A DNA stretch of 64,000 bases from an uncultured bacterium (GTDB lineage: Bacteria; Auribacterota; Erginobacteria; Erginobacterales; Erginobacteraceae): the NCBI GenBank assembly GCA_963822585.1, contig CAWGIE010000047.1, positions 64,001-128,000 of the forward strand. Direction: 5' to 3'. This document shows positions 21,308 through 31,810 of the stretch, piece after piece. The translations under genes were made by a program, and so were the position numbers. Every line of letters begins with the position of its first letter. Position 1 is the first letter of the stretch. Under the pieces are notes generated by a model that did no database searches, had not been told where the DNA came from, and saw nothing but the letters and a program-made list of their open reading frames with translations.

Positions 21308-22510
21308 TCATTCGGTATTTGATTTATCCCTTATCCCTGCTTTCAAACGGGGGAAGATAATAAGAAAGGCGATCAGGGAAATTCCGGTGACCGCCGCGCA
21401 GAGGAGAAAAAAGCGGGGATAATCCTTCCCGGCCAGGAAAAACCCGCCCACCATCGGCCCGAAGAAGAAACCGCTGTCAACCATCTCGGTCCCCAGATTT
21501 TGGTTCAGCGGCTGGAAACGGCGATCGGAAATCCGGAAGAGAACGGCATGGAGGAGGGGGTGAGCAATACCCCAGCAGATCCCGCAGAGAAATGCCAGCC
21601 CGTAAAAGAGGGTGCTTCCCCTGGTCATGGACAGCCCGAAGTAGGCGAGCGTCAACCCGCCCAGCGCGGCGATAATCAGCTCTTCTTTGGGCAGCCGGTC
21701 GAAGTAAGGTCCGCCGAAGAATCGAATCAGGATCATGGTGAAAATGGCCAGGGTGAAGAAGAGGCCCGGATTCCTGATCCCGATGCTGATCCCGAACCCC
21801 CGGCAGTAGACAAAAACCGCGGCCAGGCAGAAGAAGAGGACCAGGATGATGGCCAGGGTGATCAGCAGCCGGGGGTCTTTCAGGTCCCGCCAATACTCCC
21901 GGCGGGAAATGTGCCGGGGGGCGGCTTCGGAATCCTTCCGGAAACCGGCTTGGGGCCGGATCAGGAGGAGGAGGGGGTAAATCAGGATCATCAAGAACCC
22001 GGTGGCTGCCAGGGTCCGGTCGAAGCCGCCCAGCAGTCGCCCGAGCGGGTCCAGGAGAGGCGGGATGACGGCGAAAGGAAGGAGCATGCAGGCCGAGGTG
22101 ATCCCGAAGGCCTGGCCGCTCCGCCGGGGGGGAATAAAGGCGACGATCAAGGCCATCTTGGCGGCGGCCATGCCGACGTAAGCGGTGCCGTTAATCAGGC
22201 GGACGGCCAGTATCGGCCAGAACGTTCCGGCCGCGCTGTAAGCGAAAAGAGCGATAATATCGGCCAGGGTACTGAACGCGATCCAGCGCCGGGCGTTGCC
22301 GGGGAAGAGAAAAGGACTGATAATCGGTCTGAGAATAATCCCGCTCAGGGAAAAGATGGCGATCAAAAAGCCGATCCAGCGGGGATCGATCGGGAGGCTT
22401 TGCAGATGATCTTCGAAGTTGAAAAAGACGGCAAGGTTGGTATAAGCCAGAAAGATCATCGCGTTAACGGCGATAAAATCCCGGCTCAGCAGTTTCTCTT
22501 TCTCCATCAT
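21308..22510 (-). CDS. MFS transporter
   Basis: 400 aa with about 12 hydrophobic segments in two halves. Confidence 0.85.
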   Translation of the reverse strand: MMEKEKLLSRDFIAVNAMIFLAYTNLAVFFNFEDHLQSLPIDPRWIGFLIAIFSLSGIILRPIISPFLFPGNARRWIAFSTLADIIALFAYSAAGTFWPILAVRLINGTAYVGMAAAKMALIVAFIPPRRSGQAFGITSACMLLPFAVIPPLLDPLGRLLGGFDRTLAATGFLMILIYPLLLLIRPQAGFRKDSEAAPRHISRREYWRDLKDPRLLITLAIILVLFFCLAAVFVYCRGFGISIGIRNPGLFFTLAIFTMILIRFFGGPYFDRLPKEELIIAALGGLTLAYFGLSMTRGSTLFYGLAFLCGICWGIAHPLLHAVLFRISDRRFQPLNQNLGTEMVDSGFFFGPMVGGFFLAGKDYPRFFLLCAAVTGISLIAFLIIFPRLKAGIRDKSNTE

Positions 22511-22814
22511 CCTTCCAGCCTGCGGGTTGGCGCCTTCGGAACTGTCTTCTTGTAATGTAATGCAATCTCCCCGGAGATTAAAGCTATTTGCGGGAGAAAA
22601 TGTGGCTTTCCGGGCTGAAAGCGGCCGGGTGAGGGGGGCCGACCTTCGGCACTTTCCCCTGTTCGAAGTTGTACGTTTAACATTCAGCTCTTCCCCCCCT
22701 TTGATAGCCGCCCCGATTAATCGGGGCGCCGCTCACCGATCACCGCCCTCCGGGTGGTATCCGATCTACCCTCGGCGGAGATCCAACATTTCCTGCCATG
22801 CGCCGTCGCTCCCA

Positions 22815-22980
22815 CATCCCGCATCCAGTATCCAGTATCCAGTATCTTGCATCCCGCGTCCCGCATCCCGCATCCCGCATCCAGTATCCAGTATCTTGCA
22901 TCCAGTATCCCGCATCCCGCATCCCGCATCCAGTATCCAGTATCTTGCATCCAGTATCCCGCATCCCGCGTCCCGCATCC
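22815..22980 (+). repeat. 7-bp microsatellite (ATCCCGC / ATCCAGT / ATCTTGC)
   Basis: Over 20 consecutive heptamers; produces the spurious HPASRI/DAGCG ORFs. Confidence 0.9.
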
Positions 22981-23538
22981 TTCCCTCCACTTTCCGACTG
23001 ACGGATCCCTTGCCATTTGTTAAAATGCGCTATTCTTTTGTTCTCTTTTCATTGGCCGGTCCCTGCTGTATGGACAAAAATTTTTTACCCCTATCCGATC
23101 AAGGGAATCAAAGCCAACAAATCCCCTCTCCCCTGGGGGAGAGGGCGACTGTCGTAGATCCTGAGCTTGTCGAAGGGAGCGAAGCTCAATCGGGTGAGGG
23201 GGGGCTTCATTGAAAGTTGAGCGTTGGAAGTCCGCCTAAGGCGGATAAATTGAAAGCTGGCCCTGCTTCGCAGGGTTGAACGTTCGGTTGTTCTCAGAGT
23301 GATCTGCTCTATGCGCCATGCCCCATGCTCTACGCGCAGGGCAGGTGACAAGCTGCCGAAGGCAGCGATCCTACAACTCCTACAAGGTGCAGCCGATACT
23401 GCAAGCCGCCGCAGGCGGCGATACTACAGTTTCTTTTTCTTTAGGCACTTTTTATTCAGTATCTTGTTCCGAAAAAAAGTTTGACTTGTGCCTAACGCAA
23501 GGTAATATATGACTAAATATTAAGGCATATGAATTAAA

Positions 23539-24147
23539 ATGTTAGGCATTACTCCGGAAAAACTTTTTCGTACCCCCGGGCAAATAAAGATTCTTCGGGT
23601 TCTCTGGCGCTCCGGCAAGCCGTTAACCGGCCGCCAGGTTCAAGATCTGTCCGGCATGGCCAATCTGTCGACCATGCAGGCGTTAAAACGCTTGACTGAT
23701 CTTGGCGTGGTTTCCTGCCGTCGTGCCGGAAGATCTCATCAGTATGAATTAAAATGGGAATCCTGGGCGGTCAAAGAACTGGTTTCGCCTCTCTTTGAAC
23801 TCGAGGATAAGGGATTGGATCATCTCTGCGGGATTCTGGAAGAAGATTTATCCGGCCATTGCCAAACAGCGTATCTATACGGAAGCTCCCTAAAACCGGG
23901 TGAGAAAGAAGCCGGTGATCTTGATCTTTTCCTGGTTGTTAAGACGGAAGAAGATCGATCGGTTCTGGAAAAGTCCATTATCCCCGAAATCAGTATGAAA
24001 ATTTCAGAGGAATTTTCCTTATTTCTGGAACCTCATATAGTGACTGTTGGGGAATTAAGTCGGAAACCGCTTAAAAAAGTAGCCCGGGACATCGCCGAAA
24101 CCGGAAGAAAGATACGCGGCAAGGATCTCAAAGAATTATTTGCATAA
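23539..24147 (+). CDS. wHTH plus minimal nucleotidyltransferase (MNT antitoxin-like), pair 1
   Basis: N-terminal winged HTH; GS-X10-DLD (YGSSLKPGEKEAGDLD). Confidence 0.8.
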   Translation: MLGITPEKLFRTPGQIKILRVLWRSGKPLTGRQVQDLSGMANLSTMQALKRLTDLGVVSCRRAGRSHQYELKWESWAVKELVSPLFELEDKGLDHLCGILEEDLSGHCQTAYLYGSSLKPGEKEAGDLDLFLVVKTEEDRSVLEKSIIPEISMKISEEFSLFLEPHIVTVGELSRKPLKKVARDIAETGRKIRGKDLKELFA

Positions 24148-24557
24148 TGACCAAGAGAAAAACCAGAAAGACCGATTCAACCGCCGCCGCCGGTTATATT
24201 ACTAAATCCCGGCAGTTTGCTGAATCAATGCGTCGTTCCCTGGTAGAGAAACAATGGGATGCCGCGGGGTTGGGGGCGGTCCACGCGGTCATCAGCGCGG
24301 CAGACGCGTTGCTTGCCGCTTATGGGGGGATTAGATCGATTGATCCCGATCATCGGTCAGCTATCCGGCTGTTGGAAGAAACCCTGGGCAGCAAAGCGAT
24401 CTCATCTGCCCGTCGCCACATATCATTTGTTATCGCGAAGAAAAATGTTATCGAATATGAACAGCGGCGGATAACCGGGAAAGAGGCAGACGCCATCGCG
24501 GACCACGCGGAACGTTTTTTGCATTTCGCCGAAAAAATGCTCGGCGCTATCGGCTAA
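24147..24557 (+). CDS. HEPN-domain protein, pair 1
   Basis: 136 aa helical, AVHAVISAADAL...DH...KNVIEY; TAATG overlap with the MNT gene. Confidence 0.75.
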   Translation: MTKRKTRKTDSTAAAGYITKSRQFAESMRRSLVEKQWDAAGLGAVHAVISAADALLAAYGGIRSIDPDHRSAIRLLEETLGSKAISSARRHISFVIAKKNVIEYEQRRITGKEADAIADHAERFLHFAEKMLGAIG

Positions 24558-24575
24558 ACCAGCCTCCTCAAAAAC

Positions 24576-25043
24576 TTGGACATCTGCCCGGAAGGAATGA
24601 TCCCGGTTGGTGAAGGGATCGATCCCGGAGGCGAGCCGGCCCTGCCGGCCGGCGCCGGGGAGAAGAAGGAAAAGAACGGCGGGGGGAAACAGCGGGGAAA
24701 GGATAAAAAGCCCGGAAAGAAGAAGACGGAAAGGCCTCTCGTCCGCAAGCTGACACCCTCGGCGGTGGTGAAGAAGGTGAAGATGGGCCGTCTCGGCGTC
24801 ACCTGCTGCATCGACCACTACGGTTCTGAAGGACCGGAGTGCTTCTCCGAGGCCGGCGTCATCTATATCAACCGCGACCACCCTCTCTATCAGCGGGAAT
24901 CGGAGACCCGGCAGCGGCACATGATGCACGTCGCTCGTTTGATTACTCAGGAGGTGGCCTTGATGCGGGAGCCGATCACCGCCCGCGAGGCCTTCGACCG
25001 CCAGAGCCTCCTCCTCAAGGACGCCTTTCCTTCCTCTGATTAG
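24576..25043 (+). pseudogene. Probable C-terminal remnant of a larger protein
   Basis: No good start or RBS, begins in a Lys-rich linker; VIYINRDHPLY resembles GHKL-ATPase C-termini. Confidence 0.4.
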
Positions 25044-25187
25044 CGGTACGGGGATGAGAGCCAAGGTAGCACAGACATTCCTGTCTGTGTAAGGGGAGTA
25101 ACCCTCTCCCCTGGGGGAGAGGGCGATTGTCGTAGATCCTGAGCTTGTCGAAGGGAGCGAAGCTCAATCGGGTGAGGAGGGTAAGCC

Positions 25188-25246
25188 CCTTAACCCTTAT
25201 CCCTTAACCCTTATCCCTTAACCCTTATCCCTTAACCCTTATCCCT
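25188..25246 (+). repeat. 7/14-bp microsatellite (CCCTTAA/CCCTTAT)
   Basis: Direct reading of the tandem run. Confidence 0.85.
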
Positions 25247-25494
25247 GCTTTAATGGGTGAGGGGGGCTGCATTGAAAGTTGGAAGTTGAGCAGCTCGCCC
25301 GCCGTAGCTTATAGCGAAGGCTGGTTGAACGCGTGCTCCGCTCCGCGGTATTCATCTTTTTCTATTCCCCACTCCCTATTCTCTATTCCCCAATCTTTTT
25401 TAAAAAACAGGGAATAAAATCCCTTCCTTATCCGACTAATAAGCATGAAGTTTAATAAAATTGGAGGTCACAAATTGTGACCTCCAATCTATGC

Positions 25495-25551
25495 TTGACA
25501 ATAGGTTGATTATGGTAATAATAGTTACCATGTGGAAACTTTTATTACCAT
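25495..25551 (+). promoter_or_regulatory. Sigma-70-type promoter with overlapping palindromic operator
   Basis: TTGACA at 25495; ATGGTAA-N6-TTACCAT followed by a degenerate second copy, upstream of the wHTH-MNT gene. Confidence 0.6.
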
Positions 25552-25562
25552 AGGAGCGCAGC

Positions 25563-26189
25563 ATGAATTTTACCGAACCCCTCAATCAAATTTTGGGACA
25601 ACTTTCCAAGATCAAGATCCTGAGGTTTTTAATCAAGGCTCAGGTGGGAATGAACGGGAGAGAGATCGCCCAGGCGGTAGGTCTTTCGCATGTGAAATGT
25701 CATACCGCTCTCAAGGAACTGTCAGAGCAGGGTATTGTCTCTGTTCGCCGTATCGGCCGATCGAATTTATACGAGCTCCAAACGGGCCACATCATTATGC
25801 GGGAGTGGCTGACTCCACTTTTTCGTGAGGAAGACGAATTAAAGAAGCGGTTGGCAGAAGAAGTAGTCTGTCATCTTACCGTCAAACCGGAGTCTCTCAT
25901 TATCTTTGGAAGTATTGCGAAGAGAAAAGAACGTCCAGACAGCGATATCGACCTGCTCTGCGTGGTAAAAGACAGGGCGGCTTTAGCAAAATGCGAGAAA
26001 GATCTTACAGAGGCTTCGGAAGAGGTAACCCGGTTGTTTGGAAACCGTCTCGCGCCGCAGGTAATCACAAAAAAATCTCTGCTCGCAAAATTGAAAGAGG
26101 GAGACAAATTCATTGCTGCGGTAATACGAAATGGTGAGGTTATCTACGGAAAAACGATCTCGGAGATGCAGAGCTATGCCTCCGGATAA
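25563..26189 (+). CDS. wHTH plus MNT, pair 2
   Basis: HTH (GREIAQAVGLSH); FGSIAKRKERPDSDID fits GS-X10-DXD. Confidence 0.85.
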   Translation: MNFTEPLNQILGQLSKIKILRFLIKAQVGMNGREIAQAVGLSHVKCHTALKELSEQGIVSVRRIGRSNLYELQTGHIIMREWLTPLFREEDELKKRLAEEVVCHLTVKPESLIIFGSIAKRKERPDSDIDLLCVVKDRAALAKCEKDLTEASEEVTRLFGNRLAPQVITKKSLLAKLKEGDKFIAAVIRNGEVIYGKTISEMQSYASG

Positions 26190-26589
26190 AATTACCGGCA
26201 AAAAAGTATCGAAAGATCAGTTTCGTGGCTACTGGAAGAAAGCGCGCGAATTCGAGACCGCGATGAACGATAACCTGGCAGTCAGGAACTGGAATGCTGC
26301 GACAATGAGCGCGGTTCATGCGGTTATTTTGGCCAACGATGCCCTTCTCATTTATTTTCATGGCGTCAAGAGCACGAGCGAAAAACACGATGATGCCATC
26401 CGCCTTCTCACCACGTTATTCAAGAGCGAAGAGGCAAAGAGGAATTCACGGCATCTGAGCAGGCTTATTAATGCGAAATCGACCGTGGAGTATACCGGAA
26501 AGCTCATAAAGGAAACATCAGCCCGTGAATCGTGCAAGAAAGCCCGCCGTTTTCTCTCCTGGGTCAACTCTCTTCTCCCGGGAGCATGA
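26176..26589 (+). CDS. HEPN-domain protein, pair 2
   Basis: AVHAVILANDAL...KH...KSTVEY; paralogue of 24147; ATG 26176 overlaps the MNT end. Confidence 0.78.
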   Translation: MPPDKITGKKVSKDQFRGYWKKAREFETAMNDNLAVRNWNAATMSAVHAVILANDALLIYFHGVKSTSEKHDDAIRLLTTLFKSEEAKRNSRHLSRLINAKSTVEYTGKLIKETSARESCKKARRFLSWVNSLLPGA

Positions 26590-26811
26590 CGTTATAATCC
26601 CCCCAATCAGCCGCGCCTTAAAATCGGATTCAAATAATCCCTGTGTTGGGAGTTGAGCAGCTCGCCCGCCGTAGCTTATAGCGAAGGCTGTTTGAATGCG
26701 TGCTCCGCTCCGCGGTGTTCATCTTTTTCTATTCCCCATTCCCCACTCTCTATTCCCCAATCTTTTTTAAAAAACAGGGAATAAAATCCCTTTCTTATCC
26801 GACTAATAAGC

Positions 26812-27315
26812 ATGAAGAATAAATCCTTAATTCCTGCCGAACGCATAGAATCACTGATTTTGTTTATTCGTGGCCAGAAGGTAATACTTGATAAAGACCT
26901 GGCTGATCTATAGGGGGTAGAAACGCGGATCTTAAACCAGGCAGTCAGTCGGAATGACAAGCGTTTTCCAAAAGATTTTATGTTTGAGTTAAGCCGCGAA
27001 GAGATCATGAGGGTATCACAAACTGTGATATCCTATGCGGCATTGAGATATTCGAATAAAGTCCGGGCTTTCACCGAGCAGGGCGTTGCCATGCTTTCTT
27101 CTGTTTTGCGTAGTGATAGGGCCATTGCAGTTAATATCGCCATCATGCGGACGTTTGTGAAATTGCGCTCAATACTGGAAACCTATGCCGAACTGGCGAA
27201 AAAGATTGGAGACATGGAGAAGAAATACGATTCGCAATTCCGGGTGGTATTTGAAGCGATCCGGCAGCTCATAGCTCCTCCCACTCCGCCCCGCCGTCAG
27301 ATCGGATTTAAATAA
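26812..27315 (+). pseudogene. ORF6N-domain protein pseudogene, copy 2
   Basis: Colinear with 15890-16393; single in-frame TAG at 26911 where copy 1 has TAT. Confidence 0.88.
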
Positions 27316-27730
27316 TCATCTTCGTTAAATATTCAACGTTCAACCGTGCCCTGTCCGGTAGCCGCCCCGATTAATCGGGGCGCCGCTCACCGATCACGGC
27401 CCCCCGAGTGGTATCCAATCCGCCCTTGGCGGAGATAATACAAGCGACGGGCGCTAGCCCGGAGCGATACTACAACTCCTACAAGCCGCGTTAGCGGCGA
27501 TCATACAAGGGCGAAGCCGACATGTCCGCTGAAGCTTCAGCGAAAGCGGATCCTGCATCCTTCCCTCCACTTTCCGACTGACGGATCCCTTGCCATTTGT
27601 TAAAATGCGCTATTCTTTTGTTCTCTTTTCATTGGCCGGTCCCTGCTGTATGGACAAAAATTTTTTACCCCTATCCGATCAAGGGAATCAAAGCCAACAA
27701 ATCCCCTCTCCCCTGGTGGGAGAGAGCCAA

Positions 27731-27977
27731 GGTAACACAGACATTCCTGTCTGTGTGCCGGGGAGAGGGTAGCACAGACATTCCTGTCTGTGTGCCGGGG
27801 AGAGGGTAGCACAGACATTCCTGTCTGTGTGCCGGGGAGAGGGTAGCACAGACATTCCTGTCTGTGTGCAGGGGAGAGGGTAGCATAGACATTTCTGTCT
27901 GTGTGTCGGGGAGAGGGTAGCACAGACATTCCTGTCTGTGTGCCGGGGAGAGGGTAGCATAGACATTCCTGTCTGTG
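27731..27977 (+). repeat. Tandem array of 7 REP-like palindromes, 37-bp period
   Basis: Copies at 27731, 27768, 27805, 27842, 27879, 27916, 27953. A single copy is near 25065 and a doublet at about 28649-28716. Confidence 0.92.
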
Positions 27978-28189
27978 TGCAGGATGAGTAGGGCAAGCTA
28001 TGAAGTACGCGCGATGCCCTGTACGCAGCGATGGGCATCAGCCCGGAGCGATACTACAATTCCTGCAAGGCGGAGCCGATCCTACAAGCCGCCGAAGGCG
28101 GAAGGCACTTAGAATTTGGTATGTGGGGTCTGACCTTAATCAAAATTACCTTTCGGCTTTAAAATGCCTTGGGAAGATGTGAGGTGGGT

Positions 28190-28377
28190 ATGGATATATA
28201 TGAAGAATTGAAGGATGTAGTAAGAGAACTTAATAAAGCCGGGAAAAGCGGGTTCTAGAATGGGGAGAATTAAGTGTGGTTTCAAAAGAGGGTCTGATAA
28301 GCCTTAAGCGAATCAGGGGAAGCGGAACCGACCTGGATGATATTCGAAAGCTGGGGGAGAGAGCTGATGAAGGTTGA
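28190..28377 (+). pseudogene. Internally deleted nucleotidyltransferase remnant
   Basis: MDIYEELKDVVRELNKAG start joined out of frame to a VVSKEGLISLKRIRGSGTDLDDI tail; catalytic core missing. Confidence 0.55.
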
Positions 28378-28534
28378 CATGTCTCCCGAAGCGATTGAGG
28401 GTCGCCTTCGTAGGGTGAGCGAACTGAGGAATCTATGTTTGTCGTTGAGCAAATCCAAACAAGTTACACGCAGAACCGATACTATTGCTGAAGCTAAATC
28501 CGGTTATGGGCAAAAGGCTGATTCCCCGAAATAG
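28367..28534 (+). CDS. Small protein, partner of the NTase remnant
   Basis: MKVDMSPEAIEGRLRRVSELRNLCLSL; overlaps the NTase remnant end. Confidence 0.55.
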   Translation: MKVDMSPEAIEGRLRRVSELRNLCLSLSKSKQVTRRTDTIAEAKSGYGQKADSPK

Positions 28535-29189
28535 AAAACCCTCTCTCTTGAGGGAGAGGGTGGGCGCCGTCCTGTCCGCCGAAGCCCTGAGCTTGTCGAA
28601 GGGAGCGAAGTCGAAGGGAGCGTAAGCCGAAGAGCGCCGGCCCATAAAGGTAGCACAGACATTCCTGTCTGTGCGGCCTCTCTTCTTTAAAGGTAACACA
28701 GACATTCCTGTCTGTGCGGCCTCTCTTCTTTTTTAGGGAAAAGGAAGCAGGTGAGGGGGGCCGTTCGACGTTGAAAGTTGAGCGTTGAAAGTTGAACGTT
28801 CAGTTGTTCTCAGAGTGCCATGCCTTACGCGCCATATGCAAGCGAAGCGATCCTGCATTTCCTACAATCCGCCTCTGGCGGAGATCCTACAAGGGCGAAG
28901 CCCGATCAAACAGTTTATTGTCTTTAGGCACTTAAAATCATGAATGACTAAATGAGAAGTGGTGCGTCATGCACCACTTCTGCGCAGTGCATTAAACAAC
29001 AATAACTTATAACCACCCCGCGCCCAAAATCGGAGAAAAAAGCTGGACGGAATATAAAATAACTCAATTTATGCATAAATCGGATTAGAGCCGATTTTCG
29101 TGGTCGGAATCAGCTTCTAAGGCCTTTTTTAGGGGGTAAAATATTGGTAACCAATTGATTTGGAATAAGATATTGTGGTCCGACCCCAA

Positions 29190-29670
29190 AATCTACCCTT
29201 TCCTGTTCTTCTCCCTCCGGCGGTTCTCATACAAGATGAAAGAACAGGCATCCTCCAACAAGAAAATATATTGCATTGATAACGGCCTGGTGGAAGCCGC
29301 CGGATTTCAGGTCAGTCCGGATTGGGGCAGGCTGTATGAGAATCTGGTGGCAATTGAATTAATAAAGAAAGCGGCCCGGAAAACAACGGAAGTCTTTTTC
29401 TGGAAATCCAAAGAGCGGGAAGAGGTTGATTTTGTCATTAAAGAGGGGTTGTCCGTGATACGGCTGATTCAGGTAAGCCTTGATATAGCCGATCCGGATA
29501 CCAGGAGCAGAGAGGTGAGAGCGCTGATTAAAGCGAGTAAGGACCTGCGGTGTGATGATTTGCTGATTCTGACCGAGGATAGGGAAAAAGAGGAAGAGCT
29601 GGAATGGTTTGGAGTTCGGAGAGTAATTCGCTTCCAGCCTCTCTGGAAATGGCTGCTGGAGGATGATTGA
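29190..29670 (+). pseudogene. C-terminal DUF4143-like part of an AAA+ ATP-binding protein, 5' truncated
   Basis: KKIYCIDNGL, GRLYENLV, EVDFV..., LIQVS; Walker motifs absent; begins at the repeat ending 29189. Confidence 0.75.
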
Positions 29671-29768
29671 CGAGGCGGAAAGCAACTTATGTTGCACCGC
29701 AACCAAACAACACCATGCCCTAATATTTATATTTATACTGTGGTCCGAACCCTGAATGACTGAATAAA

Positions 29769-30137
29769 ATGCGAGAAGCCGAAGATATTTGCCCTGATTT
29801 CCCCACGTGGCCAGAAAGCTGGCAGGGAGATGAGGAGGATCTGCTCTATGGCCGGAGGTTGATCGATGCGATGCGGCCGTTCATCTCTCATCTCATTGCC
29901 TCCGGTTTAGTAAAAAAGACGATACGAAATCATATGAACAACCTCTGGCTGCTCGGCGGCGAAATCATTCGATCAGTTAATATGTACGATGAATATGATC
30001 TCGCGCCGGTGGAGAATCTCCGAAGGAACGTTGATGAAGAGGGCGGACCATACTGCCGTCATCTATATTCGGAATCGGAGCAAAAATCATTCGATGCGAC
30101 CTGCAGAAAGCTGTACCGGTTTTTGCGGCAAGAGTAG
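29769..30137 (+). CDS. Hypothetical protein
   Basis: Clean 122-aa ATG ORF. Confidence 0.65.
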   Translation: MREAEDICPDFPTWPESWQGDEEDLLYGRRLIDAMRPFISHLIASGLVKKTIRNHMNNLWLLGGEIIRSVNMYDEYDLAPVENLRRNVDEEGGPYCRHLYSESEQKSFDATCRKLYRFLRQE

Positions 30138-30295
30138 GGGGTAACCCTCAAGAGAACCAACCTGACGGGATAATTAAAGGAGAGAGCAGGATCACGGCGG
30201 AAACAACGCAACAAAGCAACACCGTCCCCCATTTTTATTTAATCAGTTTTTCTTAGTGTCTTAGTGTCTTGGTGGTAATAAAGTAGACCCTTTTT

Positions 30296-30334
30296 TGTCT
30301 GGATTACCAGACAAGTGTCTGGTAAAGTAGACAC
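30296..30334 (+). promoter_or_regulatory. Tandem palindromic operator upstream of wHTH-MNT pair 3
   Basis: TGTCTGG-ATTA-CCAGACA followed by GTGTCTGG-TAAA-GTAGACAC. Confidence 0.6.
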
Positions 30335-30337
30335 ACC

Positions 30338-30961
30338 ATGAAGAAAAGAAATAACATTATTGCCAGGCCTCTGGATATTGTTTTCTCAGCCCCCAGTCAT
30401 GTTGCTATCCTGCGTGCCCTGAAAAATGTGAAAGAAGGGCTGAGTGGGCGTGAGGTCGCCCGCAGGGCTGGAATTAATCACCAGACCTGTGCCGATGCGC
30501 TTGTTCGCCTTGAATCCAGGGGCGTTGTCCTTCGATTGGGTTCCGGTAAAAATCAGCTCTTCCGCCTCAATTGGAATAGCAGTCTGATCCAGGGAGTGAT
30601 ACTGCCCATGCTGGAAGCGGAGCGGAAGGAGTTCAGCCTGATGAAGGATGATCTGGCCCGGTTGATGGAAGGAAAATGCGTTGCCGGGGTTCTTTTCGGC
30701 AGCACAGCCCGGGGTGAAGAAACACCGGAAAGCGATTTCGATATTGCCCTTATCGTAGAAAAGAACAATAAAAGCATACCGGAATTCATCCACACTCTGG
30801 TTAATCGGGGTATTGAAAAATGGGGTATCGGGATTTCCCCGATAGTTCTGACCCGCTCGGAGTTCAGTAGAAGGGCAGACGATGAAGATCCCCTGGTCAT
30901 GGATATTCTCAATCAAGGCATTGTTATTTACGGAAAGCCGCTTCAGGCTCTGTTGAAATAA
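30338..30961 (+). CDS. wHTH plus MNT, pair 3
   Basis: GREVARRAGINH HTH; FGSTARGEETPESDFD. Confidence 0.85.
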   Translation: MKKRNNIIARPLDIVFSAPSHVAILRALKNVKEGLSGREVARRAGINHQTCADALVRLESRGVVLRLGSGKNQLFRLNWNSSLIQGVILPMLEAERKEFSLMKDDLARLMEGKCVAGVLFGSTARGEETPESDFDIALIVEKNNKSIPEFIHTLVNRGIEKWGIGISPIVLTRSEFSRRADDEDPLVMDILNQGIVIYGKPLQALLK

Positions 30962-31235
30962 TACCCAACCTGGATATATTCATGAATATATCCAGGTTAT
31001 TAATTGCCGTTCACTGTATTAAGAATAATCATCTTGTTTGTACGGCTACAGTGCTCTACTTTTTCTCATAAGCATGACAGCGTGTTATTTTTTTGTTAAT
31101 GTGGCCTATAGAAATAAACCTTTGGTTATCATTCATTGCCAGGGAATTGAATAAAATCAATATGTTTTTCGTGTTGCTGTTCTTACAATCTTTGTCATGG
31201 TTCAAAACTAATCCGATTTATAAATAAATAGGATT

Positions 31236-31637
31236 ATGAGTAGAAGAAGAACGATTCCTTCCTCTCGCTGGAACCAATTCCACCATCTCGCCGTTGTTTT
31301 TAAGGACGCAGCGGCCTTGGCAAGGGAGTTTGAGTATTGGAACGTAGCCGGGGTTTTGATCGTACACGCGGCGATCGCGTTTACCGACGCGCTTACCGTT
31401 AAAATCGGAGGAGTAAAATCAGGCGGCGAAGATCATTACCAGGCCGGCCAGCTGGTCCAGGAAGTTGTCGCGCTTGATCCGGAGGGGAAACGCGCTTTGA
31501 GACATTTCTTCGCCATTATCGGGGAGAAATCCTTAGTGTCGTATAGTGGTAAAATCTATCGGCAGGGAGAGATAACGTCCCTCTGGAAGCATCTGGAACG
31601 TTACCAGCAATGGGTCGAATCCATCTTAAAAGGATAA
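31236..31637 (+). CDS. HEPN-like protein, pair 3
   Basis: IVHAAIAFTDAL...EDH...KSLVSY; paralogue of 24147 and 26176. Confidence 0.7.
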   Translation: MSRRRTIPSSRWNQFHHLAVVFKDAAALAREFEYWNVAGVLIVHAAIAFTDALTVKIGGVKSGGEDHYQAGQLVQEVVALDPEGKRALRHFFAIIGEKSLVSYSGKIYRQGEITSLWKHLERYQQWVESILKG

Positions 31638-31810
31638 GGTCATTGCCATCTGTCCCCAGCAGAAATCTTGAAACTCATTGAAAGCGGTGCTTTTACAAGG
31701 CGAAGCCGATCCTACAATCCGCCTCCGGCGGAGATCCTGCATTTCCTACAATCCGCCTCTGGCGGCGATACTACAGCTTCTCAAACTTAATATTTAGGGT
31801 TTGATCCTCG

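Noticed and set aside
22527..23213. HPASRI / DAGCG ORFs
   Set aside because: Translations of a 7-bp microsatellite.
15890..27315. Diversity-generating retroelement TR/VR pair (ORF6N copies or the 120-bp repeats)
   Set aside because: Differences are not adenine-specific and no reverse transcriptase is present.
15890..27315. Stop-codon reassignment explaining the ORF6N stops
   Set aside because: TGA and TAG terminate ordinary genes in this window (recQ with TGA, the response regulator with TAG), so the standard code applies.
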